DNA of 64,000 nucleotides from Epithemia pelagica (lineage: Eukaryota > Protista > Bacillariophyta). The notes below the pieces were generated by a model. That model worked only from the letters and a program-made list of their open reading frames with translations. It was not told the DNA's origin and did no database searches. A program made the position numbers and the translations under genes. Shown in pieces: positions 43,248 through 55,581 of the stretch (positions are counted from its first letter, which is position 1; every line of letters starts with the position of its first letter). The stretch is from contig OX337240.1 in assembly GCA_946965045.2 (NCBI GenBank), forward strand, positions 1-64,000. Reading direction: 5' to 3'.

Positions 43248-43757
43248 TCATCATGACCACTACGACGAAAGTACAAGAACAACAACAAGAACAAGAAAAA
43301 GTGAATGATTACCAACAAGATGATGATGATGAGGATGATGAATCCAGTGTACTTTTATAGCGTTCCACGGATCACAGTCCTCGTCCGAGTGCCATACGAG
43401 TAGAGGAGAAATGATAACAAGAGTTTGTTTTCAACTACAGATTGAATAAATTCCTTGTGTTTTATATAATATATACTTGTTCCATTGTGGGAGTAGGACG
43501 AGTTCCTGTTGGGAGTGGTCCTTTCTTCAGATTGCTTCTTTCTTTCTGGTGGCTCCTCTACTCTGCTGTACGTATAGTATATAGAGAGAGCGCAGGGAAC
43601 CATGAATCATCGCCATGACAGAGTTACATCTATACGACGACATGTGTATTCGAATGATCGAAACTACCTATGCAAATTGCATCTACAACGACATGTACCC
43701 GAATGTTCGAACCAATGTAAAACTACGGTACACACACACAAATTTAGGTAGAGTTCA

Positions 43758-45701
43758 TTATTGGCTGGTCATGCCCCTTCGATTGGAAGTTCCGGTTCCT
43801 CCTCCTCCTCCTCGTGATGGTGGTTGTTGTTGTTTGGCGAGGGCAATAAAGTGTCCACTTTGCATACTGGTTTGCAGGCCGGCACAAATTCCTTGTCGGG
43901 CTTGTTTGATACTAATCCCATTGGTCAAAAAGATAGGAATGGCGGCCACGACCAAAATGCGTTGGACATTGGGACGATTGGCCGGATCGCGGTACGTCGC
44001 ATCCTTGCTGTATTCTTGGACAAAGGGTCCAAAGCGGGCATCGTACCGGACATGGGCAGCCAACAACTTTTGCAAGTCTGTCGCCGGTTGTCGATTGCGA
44101 AAGGACCGCGTCGTTTCGGCGGCGACCGTGGCTTGTCGCAAGGTTTCCTGCACGACTTGTTCCACCGCATCCATGTAATTGTCCAAATAGGGCTGATCGG
44201 ACGAGGTCAACAAGCCAAAGGAAAACAAGACATCCAAACGAACCGTCGTGGCATGACCCGTCAAGGGTCGTTCTTCTTCTTCGTGTTCGAGGGGTGTGGC
44301 GGGTGTCAAGGTAGATGTGGCCGTCCCATGGGACACGGCTCCGGGTGTGGTTGTGGCAGCTGGAGTGGATTCCTGGAGTTGACTGGCGGCCGTTGGTGCC
44401 GGAGAGGAGACGGCCGCTGCCGTAGTACTAGTTGTCGCAGCAACAGCTGCCGCTGTGGCGGCTCCCGTTTCGGGTTCTTCTTCTTTTGGTGATTCGTCTT
44501 CTTCTTCTTCTTGTCCAGTCGCTGGTTCTGGTTCCACGGAGGCAGTGGGTTTGGGTTCTTGTTCGGCATCGGTTGGCGGAGACGAAGGTGTTGCCTCGTT
44601 TGTTTCGTTGTTTGCAGAGGGTTCAGGAGTCGTATCCTCGGTCACGGCCTTGTCGTCGTCGTCCTTTTCCTCCTCCTTGGCGACTCCTACGGTTTCCTGT
44701 TGTTCCACAGCTGGTTCGTCGTCCCCTTTGGGTTTGGCAGTTGCCGAGTGTTCCGTCGCTCCAGCGTCCGTCGTGGGTTCCCTAGGAACAGCCGCATCCG
44801 TATCGGCGCCAGTGGTTTCTTGTTCTTCTTTGGTTTCTACAACTACTTTTTCTTCTTCTTGTGGTGGTGGTGGTTCCGTGGTGTCCTTCTCCAACTCATC
44901 GTTCGTTGTGGCTGGTAGCAATGCGGCATCCTCTTTGTTCTTCTCCTCGTCCTCGTCGTCCGCCCCGGCCAAGGGAGGGGCTGGTGGTGGTACCAAGGTT
45001 TGTTGTGGGGGTGGCGGCAAGGGTTGGGACAAGAGGGATTCTTCTTGAGCCGCTGCCGATTCATCCAAATTGGCCGCCAAATCTCGAACCGACAGGGAGG
45101 CGGAAAATTCCGTGCGCAAATTGGTAGACGAAGAAGACGCATCGGGGATCAGGCCGGCACTCGAGACGGATGGTTTTTTCAAACTTCCTCCCGGCGTGGT
45201 TTCGGGCGAGACAATGCCCGTCTCATGGGCAAACAATCCGGCCTTGTCCTTGACATGTCCCTGTTGCGCCTGCCAATCGTCATCGTCGTGTTTCATGCGT
45301 TCCGTCGGTGGTACGGGTCCCGGCGATTGCGGTGGATTGACGCCAGTCGTCGTCTTTTCGGGTGGTTTGGTAAATTCATTGTTTTGGACACTGTGCAAAT
45401 AGGCTTGGGATTCCAATTGTTGTTGGCGATCTTGTTGTCGCAATTTTTTGAGTTTGAGTTCGTGTTGGACGGCCAAGCCATCTTGAACATTTTCGACGCG
45501 ATAACTCGCCATCATTTGTTGCGCTTCCAATTTTTGTTTGCGATCCTCCTCCTTTTGCTTTTTGAGGGCGACATCTTCCTTGCTCAAGACGGTCGTGCTC
45601 CGAAAGGTTTGCAGTGCTTCCGCCGCTTGCCGTTGCGACACGCGCAACTTGAGTTTTTCCTCTCGTTGGCGACGCAAAAAATCTTCGTGAAAGGACGACA
45701 T
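43758..45701 (-). CDS. Hypothetical protein: N-terminal coiled coil, acidic Pro/Thr-rich linker, compact C-terminal domain
   Basis: Long ORF with probable start MSSFHEDFLRRQREEK; function unknown. Confidence 0.75.
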   Translation of the reverse strand: MSSFHEDFLRRQREEKLKLRVSQRQAAEALQTFRSTTVLSKEDVALKKQKEEDRKQKLEAQQMMASYRVENVQDGLAVQHELKLKKLRQQDRQQQLESQAYLHSVQNNEFTKPPEKTTTGVNPPQSPGPVPPTERMKHDDDDWQAQQGHVKDKAGLFAHETGIVSPETTPGGSLKKPSVSSAGLIPDASSSSTNLRTEFSASLSVRDLAANLDESAAAQEESLLSQPLPPPPQQTLVPPPAPPLAGADDEDEEKNKEDAALLPATTNDELEKDTTEPPPPQEEEKVVVETKEEQETTGADTDAAVPREPTTDAGATEHSATAKPKGDDEPAVEQQETVGVAKEEEKDDDDKAVTEDTTPEPSANNETNEATPSSPPTDAEQEPKPTASVEPEPATGQEEEEDESPKEEEPETGAATAAAVAATTSTTAAAVSSPAPTAASQLQESTPAATTTPGAVSHGTATSTLTPATPLEHEEEERPLTGHATTVRLDVLFSFGLLTSSDQPYLDNYMDAVEQVVQETLRQATVAAETTRSFRNRQPATDLQKLLAAHVRYDARFGPFVQEYSKDATYRDPANRPNVQRILVVAAIPIFLTNGISIKQARQGICAGLQTSMQSGHFIALAKQQQPPSRGGGGGTGTSNRRGMTSQ

Positions 45702-47222
45702 GATGATGATGATCAATGAGGATGAAGGACGGATCGTGATTCTGCTGCTACTGCTACTCGCTACGACTTGTTGTTGTGGTAATCGATTGGAAGGACAAAA
45801 GACGGTTGGTTGGAACTCCCTCTCTAGAGGAGCGTCCGTGCGGTAGCTGCCTTCTACGACAGCCCAAGTCGTGCTCCCACGGCCGTACACCCACCAAAAG
45901 ACTTGTTGTTGGTGGTTTGGTCCTTGCCCTTGCCGCAGGAAGCTTGCTGCTTGTTGTTGTTACTGTTGTTGTTGCGGTTTTGCGTCTCGCTCGTCGTGCG
46001 TTGCAAACGGCGTTGGAAGTAGCTATTCTGACATGTCCTGAACATGTCGTACGGGTACCGGTTGAGAACGATCGACGGAAGGACGTCACTGAGAGAGAAC
46101 TAGCAGTAGCTCTAGCTGCTCTAGCTAGAGAGCGGAGTAGGAGGTAGGAGTACCTCTAGTAGAGAGTACCGATCGTGGCGCATCCCTGGGACCATGGTCC
46201 CCGTCCGGTTCCTGCTCTACGGGAATGCCAGTCCAATGGTGTCCTTCTTCTCGTGGGAGACGAATGAAATAATGAGAAGAATTCTGGTGGGCCTGTTCAC
46301 CACTAGCTACACACTAGAGAGTCGTTCCTCTACGCACAATGCGTCCATCCTCTCCGTGGAGGATCATGACGACGACGACGACGACGACCAGGAGAGAGAG
46401 ACCCTCAAACACAAACACACAAATACAAGCTGAGAGCACTACTACTACCTATACCTAGAGGCCGTACCAACCACAGTTTGCGTGTGTCTAGTTTGGTTTG
46501 TATATCTCGGTCGGGAACACCCAGCAACACCAACAACAACAACCACAACAACCATGCAGCCAAAAAACTCGAGTGTAATGGGATACTAATTCCAGGGAAA
46601 GAGAGAGTGTGAGATGAAGTACACTACTGTGTGGATTCTCGTGTGCGGGGGGACCAGCATGGTTTCCCTCCTCACACACACAACCTGGAGGAGCAATGAG
46701 GATATGGTGGTCCGATCAGATTCAATGGTGGTTGTAAAGGTGGACGACAAGAAGAACGACTCCCACCACGGGACGGGACCCAACAAATAAGAATACCCAA
46801 TCCATACGCGAATGGTGGACGAGCTTTGATGACAGTTTTTGCTCCCATCGCTCTCGAGTCTGTCGAAACGAGAATCCACAATTACTGCTACAAGGCAGTA
46901 CGAATAGCAGTCTTTTTTCATTTGGGGGTCATGACGTGCGTTTCCTTGCTTGTGATGCTCATCATCTCACTTGGACATGGAGTACATAACACGACCAGTA
47001 ACAGTCAATCGTCTCTCTCTGCTCCAACGTCAACAATGACCGGGGCTAACGAAAGGAATAATTAGCCTCCCACCTCCCATTCACAGTTACCAGTTTCCAC
47101 TTTTGTGCTCGGTTCTCGTCGACCGAGCAATGTTGACGATCTGCTCATTGTTTTAGTGGGGACAGGGGAGTCCCAACAAACAAGAATTCGTGACGTGCTG
47201 CTAACCTCTGACTCACTTTTCG

Positions 47223-48040
47223 TTAACGCCATACGTAAGGGAGCAGTATATATACTGATCCCATAAATTCGAGCAGTATATACACTCCTCCCATAACTTT
47301 GAATACATCTACTAATTGGAATATAGACGTCATTGTCTTTTTCACTTGTAATTCTAATAGTTTGTGGAATTTTGAACATTTTCATATATCATAGTCTACA
47401 CTGATTTTGAAATTATAACAGTCGTTTCGTGTATCAAAACTTGGATGATTTTTGTGATTTTCTCATCCCATCGACCATGGCCCAACTTTGAGCAGTACGC
47501 ACACACTCAATATCCAACAGCAAATGTCAAGACCTTCCATTCTGGTGTAAAATAATATGAACTATAGGACTTTGTCTTTATTTGTGATTTGACAGCACCT
47601 CTGTTGAGCATTCGGCAATTCCCTTTCTCAGACCATGTTTTTGCCTGCTTCACAGCATTGACCCTTTTTCGACACATTGAACCTTTCCTTGGTCAACTTT
47701 CGCCTCCACATACCATCTGTCTTGATCAATTGACTTTCCTTTATCCATTCTGACCTGGTTTGGCATCATTGGAAGATGATCCATGCCATTTTCATTGTCC
47801 GCCCTCATTGTCTCTCATGGTCATCGCGGATGGCCGCTCAAGTTCGAGAAAAGCGACTAAAATGACAAAAAATTCTCACTATGAATAAATTTGTACTCGA
47901 AATTAAAACGACAATTTTTCAAATCGTGTTAAGATGGGAGCAGTTTATGGGACACAAACCATATATCGCTAAAGTTTTATGGGAGTAGTTTATTTGCTAA
48001 TCCGTTAGGCTTAAAACGCGTTCCTTACGTATGGCGTTAA
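47223..48040. mobile_element. piggyBac-like non-autonomous element (810 bp plus TTAA TSDs)
   Basis: TTAA-CGCCATACGTAAGG ... CCTTACGTATGGCG-TTAA; subterminal TCCCATAA motifs inverted at the two ends; AT-rich interior with no intact ORF. Confidence 0.82.
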
Positions 48041-48903
48041 GCACTATATTGAAGATTGATTTGGGGGATCACCACCGCAGGCCAAATAATTCATTATTGG
48101 AAATGGTTGGGCCAACCTCAGACTCGTGACTGTATCCTTATTACTCGCGAGTATTGATGAAAGCAGGTCAGACTGGGTCTTTGACACAATACGTCAGCTA
48201 GTCAATACAAACACAAAAACTTTGTCACTATCGTAACACTCTAACTTCTTCTGGCCTATCGGAGAGACACTATGATAAACTCCTACTCCTAGGAGTAGAG
48301 AAGTAGTTTTAGATTCATCTATCCATGGACACTGCTTGCTATGCTACTCCTATTATCAGACTCTACTACTCCTAGCTAGGAGTAGGTAGGTACTGATTGT
48401 CTGACTCTACCTAGTAGGGGTCGTAATATTATTATGCAGCGCCATTCCTACCGAGGGTCCATAGCATATTATTTGACAGCTGACAAAACAATCGTCAAAT
48501 GTTTTCGGTCACTCCTGTCCCGCATTCATGATTTCAAAGGAACGGACTCAACTTTTCAGGCTCTTTTTACCGGACTCCGAGATCCCGGCCAATTGCCTAC
48601 GTGCATACCATGTCCGGTTTCCATAGAGGTTCTGATTTTCGACGAGCTAAATGTCCCGTTCCATCATTGCCCCTTATACGACCTAATACAGTTTTAGGAC
48701 AAACATAACTGGCAGCGAGCCAGGTCGATCGGTAAGGAACTCACCATGTCTCCACGTAGGCTAGAAGGAGCTGGTTGGTGCCAGCCCAGCGAACTTTGGA
48801 AGTTGGAAAACCTTCGGGGGCTTCAAGTGCAGAGGTTGTCTCACGTCTCATCATAATTTTTCCGAGTGCCATTCTCCAAGCAACCAACTATCTACTTCTC
48901 AAT

Positions 48904-49467
48904 ATGAACCCTCTTGGATACACATCGGTTTACGTGCTTGCCGAAACATGGGATGCGGTCAAGTACAGCTCACCAACATTTGAAGCGGATTTCGGACTGC
49001 TAGCCTGCCAAAAGTAAGTGATACTGGACGAGGACACCAAGTACTGGATTCCTCTTTCTTGAAGCCGTTCGTTTCCGCGTCTCACACATCCTCTCTCTGT
49101 TGTCATCACTGTGTCACGTCACAGATTTATGGAATTGTACCGATCGGAAAGTACGGGCAAACGGGGGACGGAAAAGCTGAGTGAGGCCACCATGCGACAG
49201 TACGGGTCCAAATGCTACGAAATGGTTGATTCCTTGATTCAAACCTTGGGACCGGATCCCGAATTTATGCAAGACATTTGGGCCAAGGTGGGAACCCGGT
49301 TGCACCAAATGGGTGTCAAGGCCTCGTTTTTTCACGAAAAGGCTCCGTTGCACGCCATGGTCTATGCCCTCCAACAATCGCTCAAGAGACCGCTCACCGT
49401 CAATGAACGCAACTCGTTGGAAGAAGTCTATGGAGCCATGGCAGCTGTCATGCGGAAAAAGCTGTAG
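48904..49467 (+). CDS. Globin-fold protein 3 (exons 48904-49013, 49125-49467); lacks proximal His
   Basis: B12.2 intron; LIQTLGPD and EEVY; F8 position is Leu. Confidence 0.85.
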
Positions 49468-50704
49468 AGTCATAGGACGACCAGAGCTCCGTGCATAAAA
49501 AAGGCCTTGAATGACGAGGATGTAACTGGGACAGGATCCTTTCCGTGTCTCGTGCCTTGTTTTGCTTGGTGCTTTATCCTTCGTTCCAGAGTGAACTGCT
49601 ACACCCCACACAACATAGACGTAAGATAACTACTACTACTACGACTCGACCTTGGCCTAGTTCCACGAGGCACTGTAGGACCATTGGAACGAAGCAACGC
49701 AACAAACTGAGAGACCACTGCATCGACTTACGATGACTACCATTTGCCTAGTTCTAGGAGGCATACCAGGACCATTCTAGGACGAAGCAAGGCTCTAATC
49801 ATAGATGTCGAATACATGTCCAATGTGCGTACGCTATCAAACAGTATGTTTGGTTTGAAACGGTAACTTGGACTGACTACACCTTTGAAGCTGCAAAAGA
49901 CCGTGCCAGTACAGCAAGGTTTCTTCCAGATGAAAGGTCGGAACCCATAGAGCCATTCTAATATCCTCTGACTCTCATCTTTGGAAACTCCCTACTCGCA
50001 AGAGCCATGTTCATTGCTCCAATTGTTGGAGTCAAGTGTACCGAAAAGAAACACAGTCGTGGCCAACAGACCTCCTGTCCACAACCAACCATAGGTAGTA
50101 CAATACTCGATGAGAGGATACCGCAATCAATCACTTTTCTCCCCCACCCTCCTCACTTGTGTTCAAGAGTTTTGCTAGAGAGAGTGCTTGTATCATCCGA
50201 TATCCCCCTGGTAGCATACTCGTAGCATTCCCCAAGCAAGTTCCCCCCAAATCCGGAATGCGATCGGTCCTAATTATCATTTATTGGACACACGACTCAA
50301 GAATGAGAACGCGACATATTTCAGTCTTGTCCTTCCCCGTCCATGACTATGGACCCTACCCGATCACTTGTCTTGAGTATTCGCAGGGACAAGCGACAAG
50401 CTGTCCAGGTTGAGTATAAAGTGTGACCCAACCGGTTTCGTTTATGGGGATGAGAATCGCATTTTTCGTGGTATTGTAGCAAGATATTCGGTAGCGCGTA
50501 TTATTCGAGACCACATCATATCTCTCGAATCAGAACGTTTTTCGTTTTTTTGTTCACACCAAAAACATGATGATGGCATACTTGGCCGCTCCATTCTGGT
50601 CGTCGTCCTTGGTGGTCGGCACACAACCTAATCCGAATTTGTCATAAATCCGAAACGAAACCGAAAGCAATTCTCTCGTCAAAGACCCACAAAAGCAAGC
50701 AATC

Positions 50705-50860
50705 ATGATGATCATGACAAGAGTGAAGAAGCAGCAACAATCGTCGTTGTTGATCAAGCCCCTTCGATACACATCGGTGCATCAGATGGCCCAACTCTGG
50801 GACGAGACCAAGTATTGCACCAAGAACTTGGATCAAGACTTTGGTCGTTTGGTCTGTCAA

Positions 50861-50908
<48 letters not shown>

Positions 50909-51443
50909 GTCTCTCTCTCTTGTTGTATTGTTCCACTCCTTGCATGGACCAATGTGACAAGTTTCTCACACACACTGTGTGGTTCCTTTCTCTATCGTTT
51001 ATCCTTGTAGATTTTTCGAATTGCAACCGGAAACAGCACAATGGTTTGCCAAACATCATCAACAACAAAATCCCAAAGACAAGGACAATAAGAATAATGT
51101 TGAGTTGCAACCCGTCCATGCGACATTTAGTGTCATGGTGGTGGAAACCCTGGATGTCTTGATTCAAACCTTGGGACCGGATCGTGAATTTGTAACTGAA
51201 TTCTTGCACGATTGGGCCGACCGCCTGTTGGAACAGCAATGGGGCATTTCCCCGTCCGTGTTTCAACGACAAGGTCCCTTGTTGTGGGCCCTAATCTTTG
51301 CCTGGGAAACCGTACTGAACCGCAAATTGACCCTGGACGAACGCATTGCCTTGGAAGATGTCTATGGGGCCGTGTCCAGTGTTGTACAACGACGACTGAC
51401 CCGAACGACCGCAACCACCACCACCACCTCCGCATGCCGCTGA
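50705..51443 (+). CDS. Globin-fold protein 4 (exons 50705-50862, 51011-51443); lacks proximal His
   Basis: B12.2 intron; FFELQP, LIQTLGPD and EDVY; F8 position is Leu. Confidence 0.82.
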
Positions 51444-51800
51444 TTTGGATTCGTTTCTGGATATTCGTCGGTACACTTACAAAACTGCACATATACATTT
51501 TTGAATAAAAAGAGGAGCTTGGCTGTAACTAGCAACACACACTGTTTATCCTTGTTATTCGGCAATAGGCATCTTCTCTCTCTCTCTCCTCTGACTGTTG
51601 CTCTATGGCTTGAGGAATTGCTACTCGTGTCTGCTAGAATTTTGGGAAATACATGCGACTCATCCTTCTAGTTCTAATAGGAGGTTCTACAGAGCCCTCT
51701 AGGTAATCACAAGTATAGTGTCAACCATGACACTCGAACACCAACATTTGGTTTCGAATCTTTTCTGTTCGACTACTACAATACTGGGTTTCACCACCTT

Positions 51801-51893
51801 TCTCTACTATTCTTACAAGTAGAGCCTTTTATCTCTACTATTCTTACAAGTAGAGCCTTTTATCTCTACTATTCTTACAAGTAGAGCCTTTTA
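51801..51893. repeat. 31-bp tandem repeat x3, each unit a hairpin
   Basis: Unit TCTCTACTATTCTTACAAGTAGAGCCTTTTA; CTCTACT/AGTAGAG stem. Confidence 0.92.
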
Positions 51894-52081
51894 TTACGGC
51901 AGGTTCCATGGTACAATGGCAGTAGCTTGCGAGACACATTTCGTCGTCGTGGTCGTCATCCTTTGTTTGGATCTCGTCTCCTTGGTCCATCCACTACAAC
52001 AAGGTCCACCAGAATTGCCACCAACATCCTCCTCCTCTGTATCCTCACTTTTTCGGACGACTCCCTTCCTAGTAGCTAGTA

Positions 52082-53668
52082 TTAGGAATCCCAATGGTCG
52101 GTGCTGTAGTACTCGTCGTGATAGTCTTGGAGTTGGACACGGGCCAACAATTGGGCAAACAAGTTGCAGGCTTGGGAATAATTGAGACAGGAATCGCGCA
52201 ATTCCGTCAAGTATTCGTCCGTGGCTGTCGTGGTGTTCATGGTCGAACCGTCGGACGAGGACGAACAAAAGGAAAAGAGGGAGGAGACGGATTGCCCCGA
52301 TGAGGAAAGGGTCGTCGAGACGGATGTCGCATCTTCTTCGTCGTCTTCATCGGTCACGCTCCGTTCCTCGTGCAAGGGTTCCCACAAGCCTTGATCTTGT
52401 TCGTCTTGAATTTCCGCCACCACTTGCAAAATCGAGTCTCGTCGTTCCAACAAGTCTTGCTTGATTTCCGTCAACACGACACTTTCCAATCCCAACAATC
52501 GCGTCCACCACGGAATATCACTAGTTCTAGTAGTAAACGTAGTAGGATCCAGATTCTTGTTGGAGGGACTTGTGGTACTGCCACAAGTGATGGTTTCGGA
52601 CGACACCATTCTAGTTGTGGATGGTGGTGTTGGTGGTTTGGAACTTGTCGTCGTCACCTTCGTTGTCTTTTTGGACACTTTGGAGGGAAGAGGCGATGTC
52701 GGTGGCGACGGTGGTGCATCTGGTTTGTTGTGTGGTGGCTGTTTGTGTTTGGATTGATTCAAAAAGCGTTCCAATGTGGAAAGAACCTTATTGTTGTTGT
52801 TGTTGTTCTTATGGTTGTTGTTTTTGGTCGGAGTGGTGGGCTGCTGGTTGTGGTGGTGGTCGTCGTCCTTGTGCTGTGACTTGGTCGTTGGTCCCTCCGG
52901 TTGCTGCGGAGCCATGGCGGTGGTGGTGGTTCCACCCATTACTCCTGGATTGGAGGAGAATGGTACTCCTCCTCCTGTGGTGGTGGTCGGCCGTACGGGT
53001 GGTGCGGGTGAACGTCGTTTCTTCCACAAGGGATTCGCCGTATACAAGACACATTGGACATTGGTGGTGGCCTCATACAATTCGTACAAACTCTTGGCCA
53101 GAGTATACAATTGTTGCTGTGGCCTGGACCACGTGGACAAGGCTGGACCGGGTCCCTGGGTTTGGTGCGTCGTAGTAGTCGTATCCTTGTCGTCGTCCTC
53201 CTGTTGGATCGTCCTAGTTGTAGCTGCGGCCACCAAGTATCGCAATTGTTGTTGACAATGAAACACATCCACACGACGCTGGGATCGAAACTGGAGATAA
53301 TCGTCTCGTGTATACCACAAATCACTGGGTGGTGTCCGGTCCGAAACAGGCGGCGATTCCAACCACACAACTTGATTGGATGCTTCCTGAAACCATACTC
53401 GCCGCCGTCGTCGATGACGACGACTCGTGCTCGTAGGATTGCTCGACCGTGAGACTCCTTTGGCAAGCAAATGTGGTGGTGGTGATGGAAACGTGTCTGC
53501 CAGTGTGCATAGTTTGTCCTTGTTCAGTGTCGTGGTCGGATCCTCCTCTGGTTTGACATGAATTGCAGTGGGGTGACCGCAGGATGCTGTCGTTGTTGGA
53601 TGTGGGTCTCGTGGTGGTGCTTGTGTTTGTGGTTGGTGTTGGGTTTGTCTTGTTCTGACAATGGTCAT
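52082..53668 (-). CDS. Hypothetical low-complexity protein with an RRVWF...WY...LGLE motif set
   Basis: Long ORF with probable start MTIVRTRQ. The motif pattern is of a kind common in uncharacterised diatom proteins. Confidence 0.7.
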   Translation of the reverse strand: MTIVRTRQTQHQPQTQAPPRDPHPTTTASCGHPTAIHVKPEEDPTTTLNKDKLCTLADTFPSPPPHLLAKGVSRSSNPTSTSRRHRRRRRVWFQEASNQVVWLESPPVSDRTPPSDLWYTRDDYLQFRSQRRVDVFHCQQQLRYLVAAATTRTIQQEDDDKDTTTTTHQTQGPGPALSTWSRPQQQLYTLAKSLYELYEATTNVQCVLYTANPLWKKRRSPAPPVRPTTTTGGGVPFSSNPGVMGGTTTTAMAPQQPEGPTTKSQHKDDDHHHNQQPTTPTKNNNHKNNNNNNKVLSTLERFLNQSKHKQPPHNKPDAPPSPPTSPLPSKVSKKTTKVTTTSSKPPTPPSTTRMVSSETITCGSTTSPSNKNLDPTTFTTRTSDIPWWTRLLGLESVVLTEIKQDLLERRDSILQVVAEIQDEQDQGLWEPLHEERSVTDEDDEEDATSVSTTLSSSGQSVSSLFSFCSSSSDGSTMNTTTATDEYLTELRDSCLNYSQACNLFAQLLARVQLQDYHDEYYSTDHWDS

Positions 53669-53806
53669 GGTATGGCAGCGGTCGAGGTGAAAAGAAGAGT
53701 GAGGGCTCACGCAACAAAGAGAGAACGAGGTGCAAAAGTCGTCGAGTGTTGTGAACCTTGAAAACAAAAAAGTGTGGGCGAGAATGTGAAACAAGTCGTT
53801 GTTGCT

Positions 53807-53850
53807 TGGTTGGTTGGTTGGTTGGTTGGTTGGTTGGTTGGTTGGTTGGT
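53807..53850. repeat. (TTGG)n microsatellite
   Basis: About 11 tetranucleotide units. Confidence 0.9.
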
Positions 53851-54547
53851 TTTTTTGATCGAATATACTCCACCCGAGGCCCGAGGCTGTCTGGTTTTGT
53901 TCTGGGAAGAATGATAATGATGATGTGGTTCGTTCTCGTGTTTGCGATTCGGGAGTCGTTTCTGCTTTGTCTTACGAGCTCGCCTACCTAGACAGCGTCT
54001 TTCGTTCTTGTTTCCTGGGCTGCTGTCCTCGACATGTCGTCGTACAAGAGGAAACATGAGCCCCCCTCCCCTTTGGTCCTTGTCCTTGTGAAGTGGATAT
54101 ACCAATTCGGAACCATACGACAGTTGTCCACAACGAATGCGAGACTGGACACGTGAACCAAACCGGACGCTTTCTCTTGGAATGGAGAATGGCTTTTGTG
54201 TTTTGTGAACGAGGCCTAGATCCAACCAACCGAACTTGAGGAGCGGCCATCCGAAAAAGGGCTCCTACAATTCGTATATGCTATTATTGTGGTTTCAATG
54301 TTGTTGGGATTGAAATGAGACGCTGGGTACTCAGAAGTGTGTGTAATCGTAGTTTCCCATGGTCACTGACATTCGAGAGGGCTTACCTCTACTCCTATCA
54401 ATCTACAATATGCCTTTCGATAACATTGTATGGTATTCTTCGTTTCGGATGCCATCCTCGCGGATTCCCCCATCTCTCTGCGAGCAAGCATGCTACTCGC
54501 AAGCGGGTTTGCGAACGTTGGCGATCGAATACATAACAGGCCTAAGG

Positions 54548-55074
54548 GTAGGCTCAGTACATTAAGCTACGCAGTACTATTTTCATCAGTGTAACAAGTG
54601 GGGCGGATAGTCTCAAATCGAAAACTTGCTGCCACGAGAAACAATGCAAATTGGCAATGGTGGAAGCCATCACCCCCATGGCCATAACTTCCTCAATAAT
54701 AGAGCTTGACTCGACCGCTTTTACAATAAGATTATTAACTACTAGAGCGACTATGCTCTCAATTCGGTCGAGTCAGCATTGAAAAATGAGTGAGTTAGGG
54801 CGGTCGTTCGATTTCATCACTGCAGAAAAATGAGCGTACCTTTTCAGCCAGCTTGGCAAATCTTCTGTAATTTCAGACAACAATTTCAAAGGTAAAGGCA
54901 AAGAACTTACGGTGGTTGGATGTTTATGCGATGCATGGGTGAATGCATACGGCGTCACCGGATCTCGCCATCATTGTCGAGCGTTTTTGCATTTTTTTGA
55001 AATTCCGACCATTTCCGGCGTGACGTGTACTATGTGATTTTATGTACTCTACGTAGCTTTTGTACTGAGCCTAC
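54548..55074. mobile_element. MITE-like element with ~23-bp imperfect TIRs
   Basis: GTAGGCTCAGTACATTAAGCTACG versus CGTAGCTTTTGTACTGAGCCTAC; flanks TAAGG and TTA; no clean TSD. Confidence 0.55.
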
Positions 55075-55581
55075 TTAGATGTACATGGATCGGTATCCCC
55101 AGCCCTTATCTTCACAAGCAGCACATAGCGGATGAAAAACCCCGGTGGAAGTGGAACGCCGTTTGGACTCCCATTCGGTATATTTCTGACGGATTCGACG
55201 ACGACCAAAAAAGAGAAGAATCTTTGTGTTGAAAAAGGAGACGAAGAAGGACCAACAAAGGGAACGGTCTTGCCGTCAACCCTCAATGATGAACGAAATC
55301 CCAATGACAATCCCAAGCAGGAAGAAAACAGTAACGTACTGAGTGGCCCAGATAAGAAGGTGTCATGCCCAGATAAGAAGGTGTCATGGACGAAACCGTC
55401 CTACGCGGAGATCGTCAAACGATCTCATTCTATTGAGTTAAAACGTAACGAGAGTAATAGCAAGTGATTTCTAAAGGAAACACAGCGCACCTCCGTAGAA
55501 GAGCACCGGATCGTTGAAGACGAACCTCAGCCCTCCTTCCAACATTAACTCAATAGAAAAGACTATCCTGAAGCATCCTGC

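Noticed and set aside
47080-48250. LINE RT relic around the piggyBac-like insertion (FNIVL)
   Set aside because: Only one short motif amid many stops; insufficient support.
55132-55467. 111-aa ORF spanning the Copia 5' boundary
   Set aside because: It is the LTR copy of the pol tail fused by chance to flanking DNA.
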